Assembly (NCBI GenBank): GCA_022823625.1
Contig: JAJEHQ010000011.1
Location: forward strand, 132,077 to 196,076
Direction of reading: 5' to 3'
From: Gammaproteobacteria bacterium
GTDB taxonomy: Bacteria; Pseudomonadota; Gammaproteobacteria; Arenicellales; JAJDZL01
Length of the DNA: 64,000 bases
The position numbers and the translations under genes were made by a program. The stretch's first letter is position 1. Each line of letters opens with the position of its first letter. This document shows positions 28,287-36,205 of the stretch, one piece after another. The notes beneath the pieces were generated by a model. It made no database searches. It saw only the letters and a program-made list of their open reading frames with translations, and was not told where the DNA came from.

Positions 28287-29273
28287 ATGAATTTTCTGCT
28301 CAGGAATTTGTTAGTGATTTTTGTATTGGTCTCGATGCCGGTGCTCGCAACAGATGGGTTGGAAAATGAGAAGATACTAGCTGAGCAAGGAGATTCTACC
28401 GCACAATTTAATCTCGGCTGGATTTACTATCACGGTGAAGGTGTACCGCAGGATTACACTGAAGCTGCGCGCTGGTACCTCAAGGCAGCTGAGCAAGGCC
28501 ATTCTTTTGCACAGCACAATCTAGGTGTGATGTACGCTAACGGCGAAGGCGTGCCGCAGGATTACACCGAAGCTGCGCGCTGGTATCTCAAAGCGGCCGA
28601 GCAAGGCCATTCTTTTGCACAGCACGATCTAGGCGTGATGTACGACAAAGGTAAAGGCGTTCCACAGGATTACACTGAAGCTGCGCGCTGGTACCTCAAG
28701 GCGGCTGAGCAAGGACATCGTTCAGCACAGAACAACCTTGGCCACATGTACACTAACGGCGAGGGTGTGCTGCAGGACTACACCGAAGCTGCGCGCTGGT
28801 ACTTCAAGGCGGCTGAGCAAGGTGATTCAAAGGCGCAGTACAACCTTGGAGTGATGTACGCTAATGGCAAAGGCGTGCCGGAAGACGATGTAGAGGCTGT
28901 GCGCTGGTACCTTAAGGCAGCTGTGCAAGGACATCGTTCAGCGCAGAACAATCTCGGCTTTATGTACGCTAACGGCAAAGGCGTACTGGAAGATGACACC
29001 GAGGCTGTGCGATGGTTCCTTAAGGCAGCTGAACAAGGAGATTCAATGGCGCAGTACAATCTTGGCGGGATGTTTTACGAAGGTGATGGAATCCCTAAAG
29101 ATAAATTGAAGGCCTATGCGTGGTTTAGTGTTGCAGCAGCTTCTGGACACAATAATTCTCAAGAAGCGAAAGAAATTGTTGCCATGGAACTGTCTTCCAC
29201 GGAAATATCCAAAGCACAAAAACTATTACGCAAGTTATGGGATTCAATTGGCTTGAACAATAGAGGGCAATAG
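28287..29273 (+). CDS. Secreted Sel1-like repeat (SLR/TPR-like) protein
   Basis: Signal peptide MNFLLRNLLVIFVLVSMPVLA, then about 8 units of 36 aa of the form GVPQDYTEAARWYLKAAEQGHSFAQHNLGVMYANGE. I prefer the ATG at 28287 to the track start at 28230. Confidence 0.85.
   Translation: MNFLLRNLLVIFVLVSMPVLATDGLENEKILAEQGDSTAQFNLGWIYYHGEGVPQDYTEAARWYLKAAEQGHSFAQHNLGVMYANGEGVPQDYTEAARWYLKAAEQGHSFAQHDLGVMYDKGKGVPQDYTEAARWYLKAAEQGHRSAQNNLGHMYTNGEGVLQDYTEAARWYFKAAEQGDSKAQYNLGVMYANGKGVPEDDVEAVRWYLKAAVQGHRSAQNNLGFMYANGKGVLEDDTEAVRWFLKAAEQGDSMAQYNLGGMFYEGDGIPKDKLKAYAWFSVAAASGHNNSQEAKEIVAMELSSTEISKAQKLLRKLWDSIGLNNRGQ
28390..29155 (+). repeat. Tandem 108-bp coding repeats (about 7 units) encoding the Sel1 modules
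   Basis: The GA(T/C)TAC.. register recurs at 28452, 28560, 28668, 28776, 28884 and 28992, exactly 108 bp apart. Units 28443-28550 and 28551-28658 differ at 13 of 108 positions by my count, mostly third codon positions. Confidence 0.85.
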
Positions 29274-29437
29274 TTTCATATTACTGATATCGTTCAGTTT
29301 CTATCTGATTAGAGCTTCATGTGCTATGTTGTCGTTGCGTATCAATGCCATCCACGACAGCCACTTACAATTACGTACTAGGGAGCGATACCGTAAATCT
29401 GGGAAACATGAGAAACGACAGTGCACCTGAGTCTGGT

Positions 29438-29995
29438 TCACTCGTTTAGAACTTTCCAAATCTCAGGTCGGAAAATGCGAATTTCCTCATCGCTTAACCC
29501 TTCAAGCGAGTGCGGGAACTTAATCCATCGATCTGTTTCATGTAAGAAATAGTCAGGCACCTTTTCAGTCCGGTTGCGCGTGGGTTTATACCAAGGAACT
29601 GCAACTCGGATATCTTCTGGCGTATTCAGTCTTGCTTTACGACGCAGTTTGTCAATGATCGCCTCAATGGTTAAACCTGTGTCAAAAACATCGTCTACAA
29701 GAAGCAAACCGTCTTCTGCATTGACTCTGTCCACAAGATAGCTCAAACCGTGTACGCGCACGAGATGGCCGCGCTGGTCGATTGTGGATTCGTAAGAGGA
29801 TGTCCGAATAGCGATATAATCTGATTCAATTCCAGCCCAAGACAAAACTTCCTGAACACCAATGCCAATTGGTGTCCCACCGCGCCATATACCAACAATG
29901 AACTTCGGCTTAAAACCACTATTGACTACCATAGCACCGAGTTGCATGGCATCGTTCAGCAAATCCTGGGCTTGTATATATAGTTTGGCACTCAT
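29438..29995 (-). CDS. Phosphoribosyltransferase (purine PRT, Gpt/COG2236-like), paralog A
   Basis: PRPP-binding loop LLLVDDVFDTGLT, FIVGIWRGG, C-terminal DRWIKFPH. Confidence 0.8.
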   Translation of the reverse strand: MSAKLYIQAQDLLNDAMQLGAMVVNSGFKPKFIVGIWRGGTPIGIGVQEVLSWAGIESDYIAIRTSSYESTIDQRGHLVRVHGLSYLVDRVNAEDGLLLVDDVFDTGLTIEAIIDKLRRKARLNTPEDIRVAVPWYKPTRNRTEKVPDYFLHETDRWIKFPHSLEGLSDEEIRIFRPEIWKVLNE

Positions 29996-30012
29996 GAATA
30001 AAATATTACAGC

Positions 30013-30606
30013 ATGGAAAAGCTACACGCTCAAGAAAAAGTTTTTGTTGAAGAGCATGATCTGATTATGGATGGATTTCGACTCGGCCGACGCGTATATG
30101 AAAGCGGCTTTCGACCTGACTTCATTGTCGGTATCTGGCGAGGGGGCAGTGCAGTCGGCATCGTTGTGCAGGAATGCTTACAACATTTGGGAGTGGAAAC
30201 GGATCACATTGCCATACGGACGTCCTACCGCGGAATGGATAATTACTCCGACATGATACGGAATTCTGAAAACATTAGGGTTCATGGCTATGAATATTTA
30301 GTCGATCGCTTGGAGGCTTATCATCAACTTTTGCTAGTGGATGATGTGTTTAGCAGTGGTTACAGCATACAGGCGGCGAAAGAGAAACTTCGTCAAAAAC
30401 TGCGTAAGAATTTGCCGGAAGACATCCGGGTGGCAACCGTGTGGTACAGGTCAGTGGCGGATCGTCCGACTCCCGAATACTTCATAAACGAAACCGACCG
30501 TTGGTTAGTTTTACCTTACGAACTCTCTGGTCTCAGTTTGGATGAGATTCGTATTCACAAGACTTGGGCTGCGTCGATACTGGAAACCATTTCAGCAAAG
30601 GATTAA
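30013..30606 (+). CDS. Phosphoribosyltransferase (purine PRT, Gpt/COG2236-like), paralog B
   Basis: LLLVDDVFSSGYS, FIVGIWRGG, DRWLVLPY. Roughly half of the aligned residues are identical to paralog A by eye. Confidence 0.8.
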   Translation: MEKLHAQEKVFVEEHDLIMDGFRLGRRVYESGFRPDFIVGIWRGGSAVGIVVQECLQHLGVETDHIAIRTSYRGMDNYSDMIRNSENIRVHGYEYLVDRLEAYHQLLLVDDVFSSGYSIQAAKEKLRQKLRKNLPEDIRVATVWYRSVADRPTPEYFINETDRWLVLPYELSGLSLDEIRIHKTWAASILETISAKD

Positions 30607-30670
30607 AGGTGGATACTCTGTTTCAATCAATTGATGCAGCAGCATTTGAATTGAACTTCTAATATTTCTC

Positions 30671-31885
30671 ATGAATAAATCTCATCGCTCCGTTCATTTC
30701 TTATCGATTGCCAAGGAGCTGTCTCAAAAGTTTGCACCTAAAGCTGCTTTGTGGGACAGGTCCCGTGAATACTGCTGGGAAAACATTGACGACCTGGTTG
30801 ATGCTGGTCTGATGGGTATGACGATTCCTAAGCAGTACGGTGGACAGTCAGCATCTTTCTATGATGTAGTATTGGTAATTGAGGAGATTGCACGTGGTTG
30901 CGCACTGAGCGCACGAATTGTCGTTGAGTCAAATATGGGGGGCATCAGCGCAGTGATAGCTTATGGCACAGAAGAGCAGAAAAATTACTGCGCACCTTTG
31001 GTGCTCAAGGGTGACAAACCGGCAATCTGCATCACTGAGCCGGAAGCTGGCAGTGCTGCAACTGAAATGAAAACCGTTGCCCAAAAAGCGGGTTCTAAAT
31101 ACATTCTCAATGGAGTTAAGCACTGGATTACCGGAGGTGGAATATCCAAACTCCATTTAATTTTCGCTAGAATTTTAGATGAAGAGGGACAGGATCTGGG
31201 AATTGGGGGATTTCTGGTTCACTACGACCCGGCTAACAACATCAAACCTGACGGATTTACTGTTGCCCGTCGAGAGCATACCTTGGGTTTGTGCGGAATG
31301 CCAGAAGCCGAACTCCATTTCAATGACCTGGAAGTGGACGAAGCATTTATGCTTCCAACGCCATCAGGATTTCGTCGAGGCTTTGCTGATCTAATGAATG
31401 CATATAACAGTCAACGAGTCGGAGCGGGAACGATCGCAATGGGTATAGCTGCCGGGTCGCTCGACCATGCAAAGCGCTATATGACTGACCGGCACCAGTT
31501 TGGACGACCGCTCGCTGAGTTTCAAGGCTTGCAGTGGATGATTGCAGAAATGGATACGTCAGTCCATGCTTCGCGGTTACTGCTTTATGAAGCGGCGAAA
31601 TCCGCCGAAGAAGGGAAGAGCCAGTTCCCAGACCCCTTATTGGCTGCCAGAGCAAAGCTCTTTGCGTCGGAAAGCGCGATCAAAGTCGTCAGCGATGCTC
31701 TGCAACTATTTGGTGCTCGAGGATACGGTGATCAGGAGCCACTGGAGCGTATGTATCGAGACGTACGAATGTTCACCATTGGCGGGGGAACTGCGCAAAT
31801 ATTGAAGACCCAAGTTGGCAGCCGTCTGTTGGGAATCAAGGCGCCGCAAACTCGGGACGGATACTTACGACTTTCGGGAGAATAG
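30671..31885 (+). CDS. Acyl-CoA dehydrogenase family protein
   Basis: 404 aa. Motifs ICITEPEAGSAATEM, QFGRPLAEFQGLQWMIAEM and a C-terminal FTIGGGTAQI are typical of ACADs. Confidence 0.85.
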   Translation: MNKSHRSVHFLSIAKELSQKFAPKAALWDRSREYCWENIDDLVDAGLMGMTIPKQYGGQSASFYDVVLVIEEIARGCALSARIVVESNMGGISAVIAYGTEEQKNYCAPLVLKGDKPAICITEPEAGSAATEMKTVAQKAGSKYILNGVKHWITGGGISKLHLIFARILDEEGQDLGIGGFLVHYDPANNIKPDGFTVARREHTLGLCGMPEAELHFNDLEVDEAFMLPTPSGFRRGFADLMNAYNSQRVGAGTIAMGIAAGSLDHAKRYMTDRHQFGRPLAEFQGLQWMIAEMDTSVHASRLLLYEAAKSAEEGKSQFPDPLLAARAKLFASESAIKVVSDALQLFGARGYGDQEPLERMYRDVRMFTIGGGTAQILKTQVGSRLLGIKAPQTRDGYLRLSGE

Positions 31886-31985
31886 ATTTGCCAACCGAAA
31901 ATTGGAGGGCAACATGGGAGAACTCATAAATTCAATGATTTGTATAAATTCAACAGGTTGAGAATTGATTCGTTTGTCTGAAGAT

Positions 31986-33290
31986 ATGAAAAAATTCGGC
32001 ATTCGTGGTGCAATTTTTGATTTTGTCGCAAACCCAAGACAGAGTTCAAAGGCATTCCGTTTCATTAATGATGGCATCATGGTCATTTCGGATGGGCGAG
32101 TCGAATCTATTGCTCAGGCGACAGAATGTCTAGACACCTTTCAGGAGCAAATTCCAATTTTTGAATATCCTGGCTGTTTCATTTGTCCCGGATTCATTGA
32201 TACCCATATCCACTATGCTCAAACGCGGATTATTGGTTCACCCGCACCCGGTCTGCTGGAGTGGCTTGAAACCTACACGTTTCCTGAAGAACTCAGATTT
32301 AGTGATCGAAATCACTCAGCAGCCGTTGCATCACAATTCTTCGATGAGTTGGTCAGCAATGGGACAACCTGCGCACAGGTCTATCCAACGGTTCATGAAA
32401 ACTCTACGGATGTTTTCTTCGAAGAGGCGCATACGCGGGGCCTTCGAATGGTGGCAGGAAAGGTGCTTATGGACAGGCACGCTCCAGAAGGCTTGCTTGA
32501 TGGGAGAGATGGTGGCGAAGCTGAAACTGATAGGCTAATCAAAAAATGGCATGGCACAGGACGTCAAAGCTACTCCATCACATTGCGGTTCGCAGCGACA
32601 TCCACTCTCAAGCAGATGGAGTTGTGCAGACGGTTGGTGCAAAGGTATCCTGACCTTTTGTTTCACACACATCTGGCAGAAACACTACCAGAAAATGAAT
32701 GGACAATGCAACTGTATCCTGATTGTTCAGACTACCTGGGTGTCTATGAAAAGTTTGGTGTGGTTACGGACCATTCAGTGTTCGCTCACTGCATCCATTT
32801 GAGTAACGCTGAAAAGCAGCGAATGGCGGATGCTGGTGCATCAATTGCACTTTGTCCAACATCTAATTCTTTTCTTGGCAGCGGTTTGGTGCCGCTAAAT
32901 CAGCTGGATGATTATCATATCGGTTTGTCGCTTGGTACAGATGTGGGTGGAGGCACGAGCTTTTCAATGCTTAAAACCATGCACGAGATGTACAAGGTGG
33001 TGAGTCTTGGTGGCGACCGAAATGTCGACGAGTTGGATCTTTTCTATCTCGCGACTCTAGGCGGTGCACAGGCGCTCAATATCGATGAGCACGTAGGTAG
33101 CCTGGAAGTTGGTAAAGAGGCAGATTTTGTGATTCTGGACGATGGCGGGCAACGATTGATACAGCAGAGATTTGAGCAGTCACAATCCGTATCAGAGAAG
33201 TTATTTGCACTGATTATTCTCGGTGACTCTGCAAACATACGAGAAACGTGGAGTATGGGCCGCCGCGTATACCAACGCGGTGTTCACTGA
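31986..33290 (+). CDS. guaD: Guanine deaminase
   Basis: PGFIDTHIHYAQ metal-binding motif, HLAETLPENEW and GTDVGGG, about 434 aa from the ATG at 31986. It lies in a purine-gene neighbourhood. Confidence 0.85.
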   Translation: MKKFGIRGAIFDFVANPRQSSKAFRFINDGIMVISDGRVESIAQATECLDTFQEQIPIFEYPGCFICPGFIDTHIHYAQTRIIGSPAPGLLEWLETYTFPEELRFSDRNHSAAVASQFFDELVSNGTTCAQVYPTVHENSTDVFFEEAHTRGLRMVAGKVLMDRHAPEGLLDGRDGGEAETDRLIKKWHGTGRQSYSITLRFAATSTLKQMELCRRLVQRYPDLLFHTHLAETLPENEWTMQLYPDCSDYLGVYEKFGVVTDHSVFAHCIHLSNAEKQRMADAGASIALCPTSNSFLGSGLVPLNQLDDYHIGLSLGTDVGGGTSFSMLKTMHEMYKVVSLGGDRNVDELDLFYLATLGGAQALNIDEHVGSLEVGKEADFVILDDGGQRLIQQRFEQSQSVSEKLFALIILGDSANIRETWSMGRRVYQRGVH

Positions 33291-33295
33291 TTATC

Positions 33296-33313
33296 CGCAG
33301 CAAGTCTGCTGCG
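33296..33313. terminator. Short hairpin between convergent guaD and the deacylase gene (possible bidirectional terminator)
   Basis: CGCAGCA-agtc-TGCTGCG, a 7-bp perfect stem in the 29-bp convergent gap. There is no strong U-tract on either side. Confidence 0.35.
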
Positions 33314-33319
33314 TCATTC

Positions 33320-34378
33320 TCAATACGAGTCCCGTTCGAATTCTTCACCGGTGTTGTCCGATTCAACGCCGACCACTGCGAGACCTTCGCCGTGTTCAAC
33401 CAAGCCTCTATGACACCGCACGTAGGCTACACCGCCGATTGGAAATTCTATTCGGATGGGCGGTTCTTCAATATGGCTGATACTATGAATATAGCCAACC
33501 AGGTCGCCAGCTGAAACGCGATCACCGGGTGTAAAAGCGGGTTCAAACAAGCCGCGGTGTGTTGCATAAACGGTTTGATTTGCATCGACAATCTTGAAAA
33601 ATGTTGCCGGTTCTTTTCGCAGTTCAACTTCACCTGACAAAACTCCCAAGTGACGCAGACAGTTACGGATGCCTTGCTCTCCAAGCTTCATGGTTTCCGG
33701 AGAGACGTGGCCGGTACCGCCCAGTTCGGCCGCAATTGATGGGATTTTGTTACGAACGGCAGCACCATTCACACTGCGATCATCATTGAAAATTCCCATC
33801 ACCCAGACTAAGGGGCAACCAAATACATCTGCCAGTTCCATGATTATTGCCTGACGAGTTGGATCGTCATCATAGGTTGCCATCGAACAGGGAGAAAACC
33901 AGTAGGCTTTACCACCCGCGTGCAGGTCAATTGCAACATCGCAGACTGGCATCACCGCGCTTTCGACAAAGTGTGCGATGACCTGAGTTGGAGATCCGTT
34001 TGGGTCTCCGGGAAACGCTCGATTTAGATTGCCGTCATCAAGCGGTGACACTCTGGCCGAGGCATTCAAGGCCGGTGCATTGATTGCCGGAAAAATGATG
34101 ACTCGTCCCTGAATGTCGTCAACATTGGTTTCGCGAAGAAACTTGACAAGAGAAATGGGGCCTTCAAATTCATCGCCATGTACCCCGCCGGTCAGGAGGA
34201 TTGTTGGACCGGTTCCATTGATAATGACACCCGCAGGAATGGGTATGTAACCCAAAGGGGTCTGGTTGTCGGAGTACTTTAGGCGCAGGTCGCCGGATCG
34301 CTTGCCTGGAGAGGTAAAGTCGAGACTCGATTGAATTCGAGTTTTATTCCAATTGATGTCGGAATACTGTTTGCTCAT
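33320..34378 (-). CDS. Succinylglutamate desuccinylase/aspartoacylase-family zinc deacylase (DoeB-like)
   Basis: From the internal Met: MSKQYSDINWNK...PTILLTGGVHGDEFEGPISL (Zn-binding H..E) and IDLHAGG. The TTG-started upstream extension in the track is not supported by the family N-terminus. Confidence 0.75.
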   Translation of the reverse strand: MSKQYSDINWNKTRIQSSLDFTSPGKRSGDLRLKYSDNQTPLGYIPIPAGVIINGTGPTILLTGGVHGDEFEGPISLVKFLRETNVDDIQGRVIIFPAINAPALNASARVSPLDDGNLNRAFPGDPNGSPTQVIAHFVESAVMPVCDVAIDLHAGGKAYWFSPCSMATYDDDPTRQAIIMELADVFGCPLVWVMGIFNDDRSVNGAAVRNKIPSIAAELGGTGHVSPETMKLGEQGIRNCLRHLGVLSGEVELRKEPATFFKIVDANQTVYATHRGLFEPAFTPGDRVSAGDLVGYIHSISHIEEPPIRIEFPIGGVAYVRCHRGLVEHGEGLAVVGVESDNTGEEFERDSY

Positions 34379-34437
34379 GGAAATACCCTGAATTCTGCTT
34401 GTTGGTCCATACTCCTCAATCCAAATTTGGGAGTGAA

Positions 34438-35007
34438 TCAATAGTAGCCGATCACATCACCCTTGGTGGTCACGCCTAAACCATTGAGCAGACGGTTGAC
34501 GTAGCAGAAGTAACCGACTACCTGGTTTAATTCCAGGATTTCACCGTCATCACATCCGGCCTGAAATAGAGCCTCAATGTCTGATTCAAGCATAGAGTCA
34601 ACCGCGACTGTCAGCTTTTCCACGTAATTTAGCATTGCCAGTTCTTTATCTTGGAAGGCGCAGTTTGGTTGGCGGTTTTTCAAAGCTGAAATTATTTGCT
34701 CGTAGCGTACGTCGTCGTTCAGTAGTTTGCGCAGATTTGAACTGTGATGTGTAACGCTGTAATCACACTTGTTCAGAAGGCTGGTATAGGTTCCAGCGGT
34801 TTCAAGAAACCAGATTGGCAGTGAATTATCATTGCTGTGGAGTACGCTTCGATACAGTGAGACGTGACCATGCATGGTTTTTGGACGTAGACTGTGAATT
34901 CGCATCACGTTGTCCACTGTTCCGTGTGGCGTTCGAGTCGTTTCCAAAGCCTCTTTTGCTTCTCCCGTCGCCTCTTCGTCAGAGAGCATTTTGATCCAGG
35001 CAGTCAT
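34438..35007 (-). CDS. Carboxymuconolactone decarboxylase (AhpD-like) family, peroxidase-related-enzyme subgroup
   Basis: 189 aa. The N-terminus W.KMLSDEEATGEAKE and the core KCDYSVTHH fit a CMD-type CxxC/H motif with the second Cys replaced by Ser. Confidence 0.65.
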   Translation of the reverse strand: MTAWIKMLSDEEATGEAKEALETTRTPHGTVDNVMRIHSLRPKTMHGHVSLYRSVLHSNDNSLPIWFLETAGTYTSLLNKCDYSVTHHSSNLRKLLNDDVRYEQIISALKNRQPNCAFQDKELAMLNYVEKLTVAVDSMLESDIEALFQAGCDDGEILELNQVVGYFCYVNRLLNGLGVTTKGDVIGYY

Positions 35008-35015
35008 TTCATCAA

Positions 35016-35945
35016 CTAGTTTCGATATGCGAAGGATCGATTGAACCGGCCGCTGATATAAGCATCGCAGGTGATTGGTTCAAAATTTGCGGCTTCGCCA
35101 TTGTGAAGAATAGGATCAATGACGGTGTTGGAATCAGGGTCTACGAATACAACAACTGAATAACGCGCTTGGCCACCCTTGTTGACAACAAAATGTGGAA
35201 CCGAACGAAATCGACCATTCGACCAGCGTGACAGCAGGTCTCCGATGTTGGCAACAAATGTATTCGGAATCGGTTCTACTTCGTACCAGTTGCCATCGGC
35301 AGATTGGGCGTTTAGCCCTGGCCCTCCTTGCAAGAGCATGGACAAGCATCCGAAATCTGAGTGTGGCGAGACTCCATAACCATTGGAATTTTTTTCAGTC
35401 GCTGGGTAATAAATCAGTGATCCTCTGGAAGTTGGGCGATTGAAGTTTCGGGTGAAAAAAATTGGAGATTCATCCAGAGATACGGCTAGTGCACGAAGTA
35501 TCTTCCGGGAGCAATTGTGAACTTCATCAAAAAAGGTGTTAAGAACCGAGCGCATATCAGCGGGTTCATTCGGCCAGCGGTTTGGTGCGAGTAGTTGACT
35601 CTGGACTTCAGATGAAAGGTCATCGAGATCTTCGTCAATTCCCCAAATAAAGCTTTCTTTCTGGTCGGCGCTGCTGTAACCCTCCATGGTTGACTCCCCG
35701 ATTGACAAGAAACCGCGGTGGGTGTCGGACATTTCTGTTTCAGCCTTCTTTTCTTTAGGCAGCGAGAAAAATTGTTTGGCTGTTTCAAAAGTCGAACTGA
35801 TTAGATCGGTATCTACACCGTGTCCAGTGATGTAAAAGAATCCGTCAGTCTCAGATGCCGCGCGCAGTACTTTTCCGACAGATCTAAGCGCAGAATCAGA
35901 CTCATTCTGCAGCGGAGAGATGTCGATGACTGGAATTGAAGTCAT
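35016..35945 (-). CDS. 2OG-Fe(II) oxygenase (isopenicillin-N-synthase/ACC-oxidase-like)
   Basis: N-terminal IPVIDISPL, HSDFG (HxD), distal SVPHFV His, and RYS (2OG-binding RxS). Confidence 0.8.
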   Translation of the reverse strand: MTSIPVIDISPLQNESDSALRSVGKVLRAASETDGFFYITGHGVDTDLISSTFETAKQFFSLPKEKKAETEMSDTHRGFLSIGESTMEGYSSADQKESFIWGIDEDLDDLSSEVQSQLLAPNRWPNEPADMRSVLNTFFDEVHNCSRKILRALAVSLDESPIFFTRNFNRPTSRGSLIYYPATEKNSNGYGVSPHSDFGCLSMLLQGGPGLNAQSADGNWYEVEPIPNTFVANIGDLLSRWSNGRFRSVPHFVVNKGGQARYSVVVFVDPDSNTVIDPILHNGEAANFEPITCDAYISGRFNRSFAYRN

Positions 35946-36205
35946 TGAATTTCAGGTATTTGACGCAACGAAGTGCAAAGAAACAAAAAAGTATACTTGG
36001 TTTTGATTTCAGCCTGCTATTTGAAATGTTGTACCCTCTGTCTGTTTAGTCAACAAGCTGCTTCAAAATCAAGGAATTCGGTTGATCGGAACTAATCGTT
36101 CAACTATATTTCAACTCCCTCTGTAAGCAATTTGGAATCCATTACCCTTTCCTTGCCTAAGTAAAATGCACTCGACTGATTTTGACTACCTGATTCGTTG
36201 GAGTA

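Noticed and set aside
28390-29155. Regularly spaced repeats that could be mistaken for a CRISPR-like array.
   Set aside because: The period is 108 bp with no unique spacers. The repeats are in frame inside a 328-aa ORF encoding Sel1 modules, and no cas genes are present.
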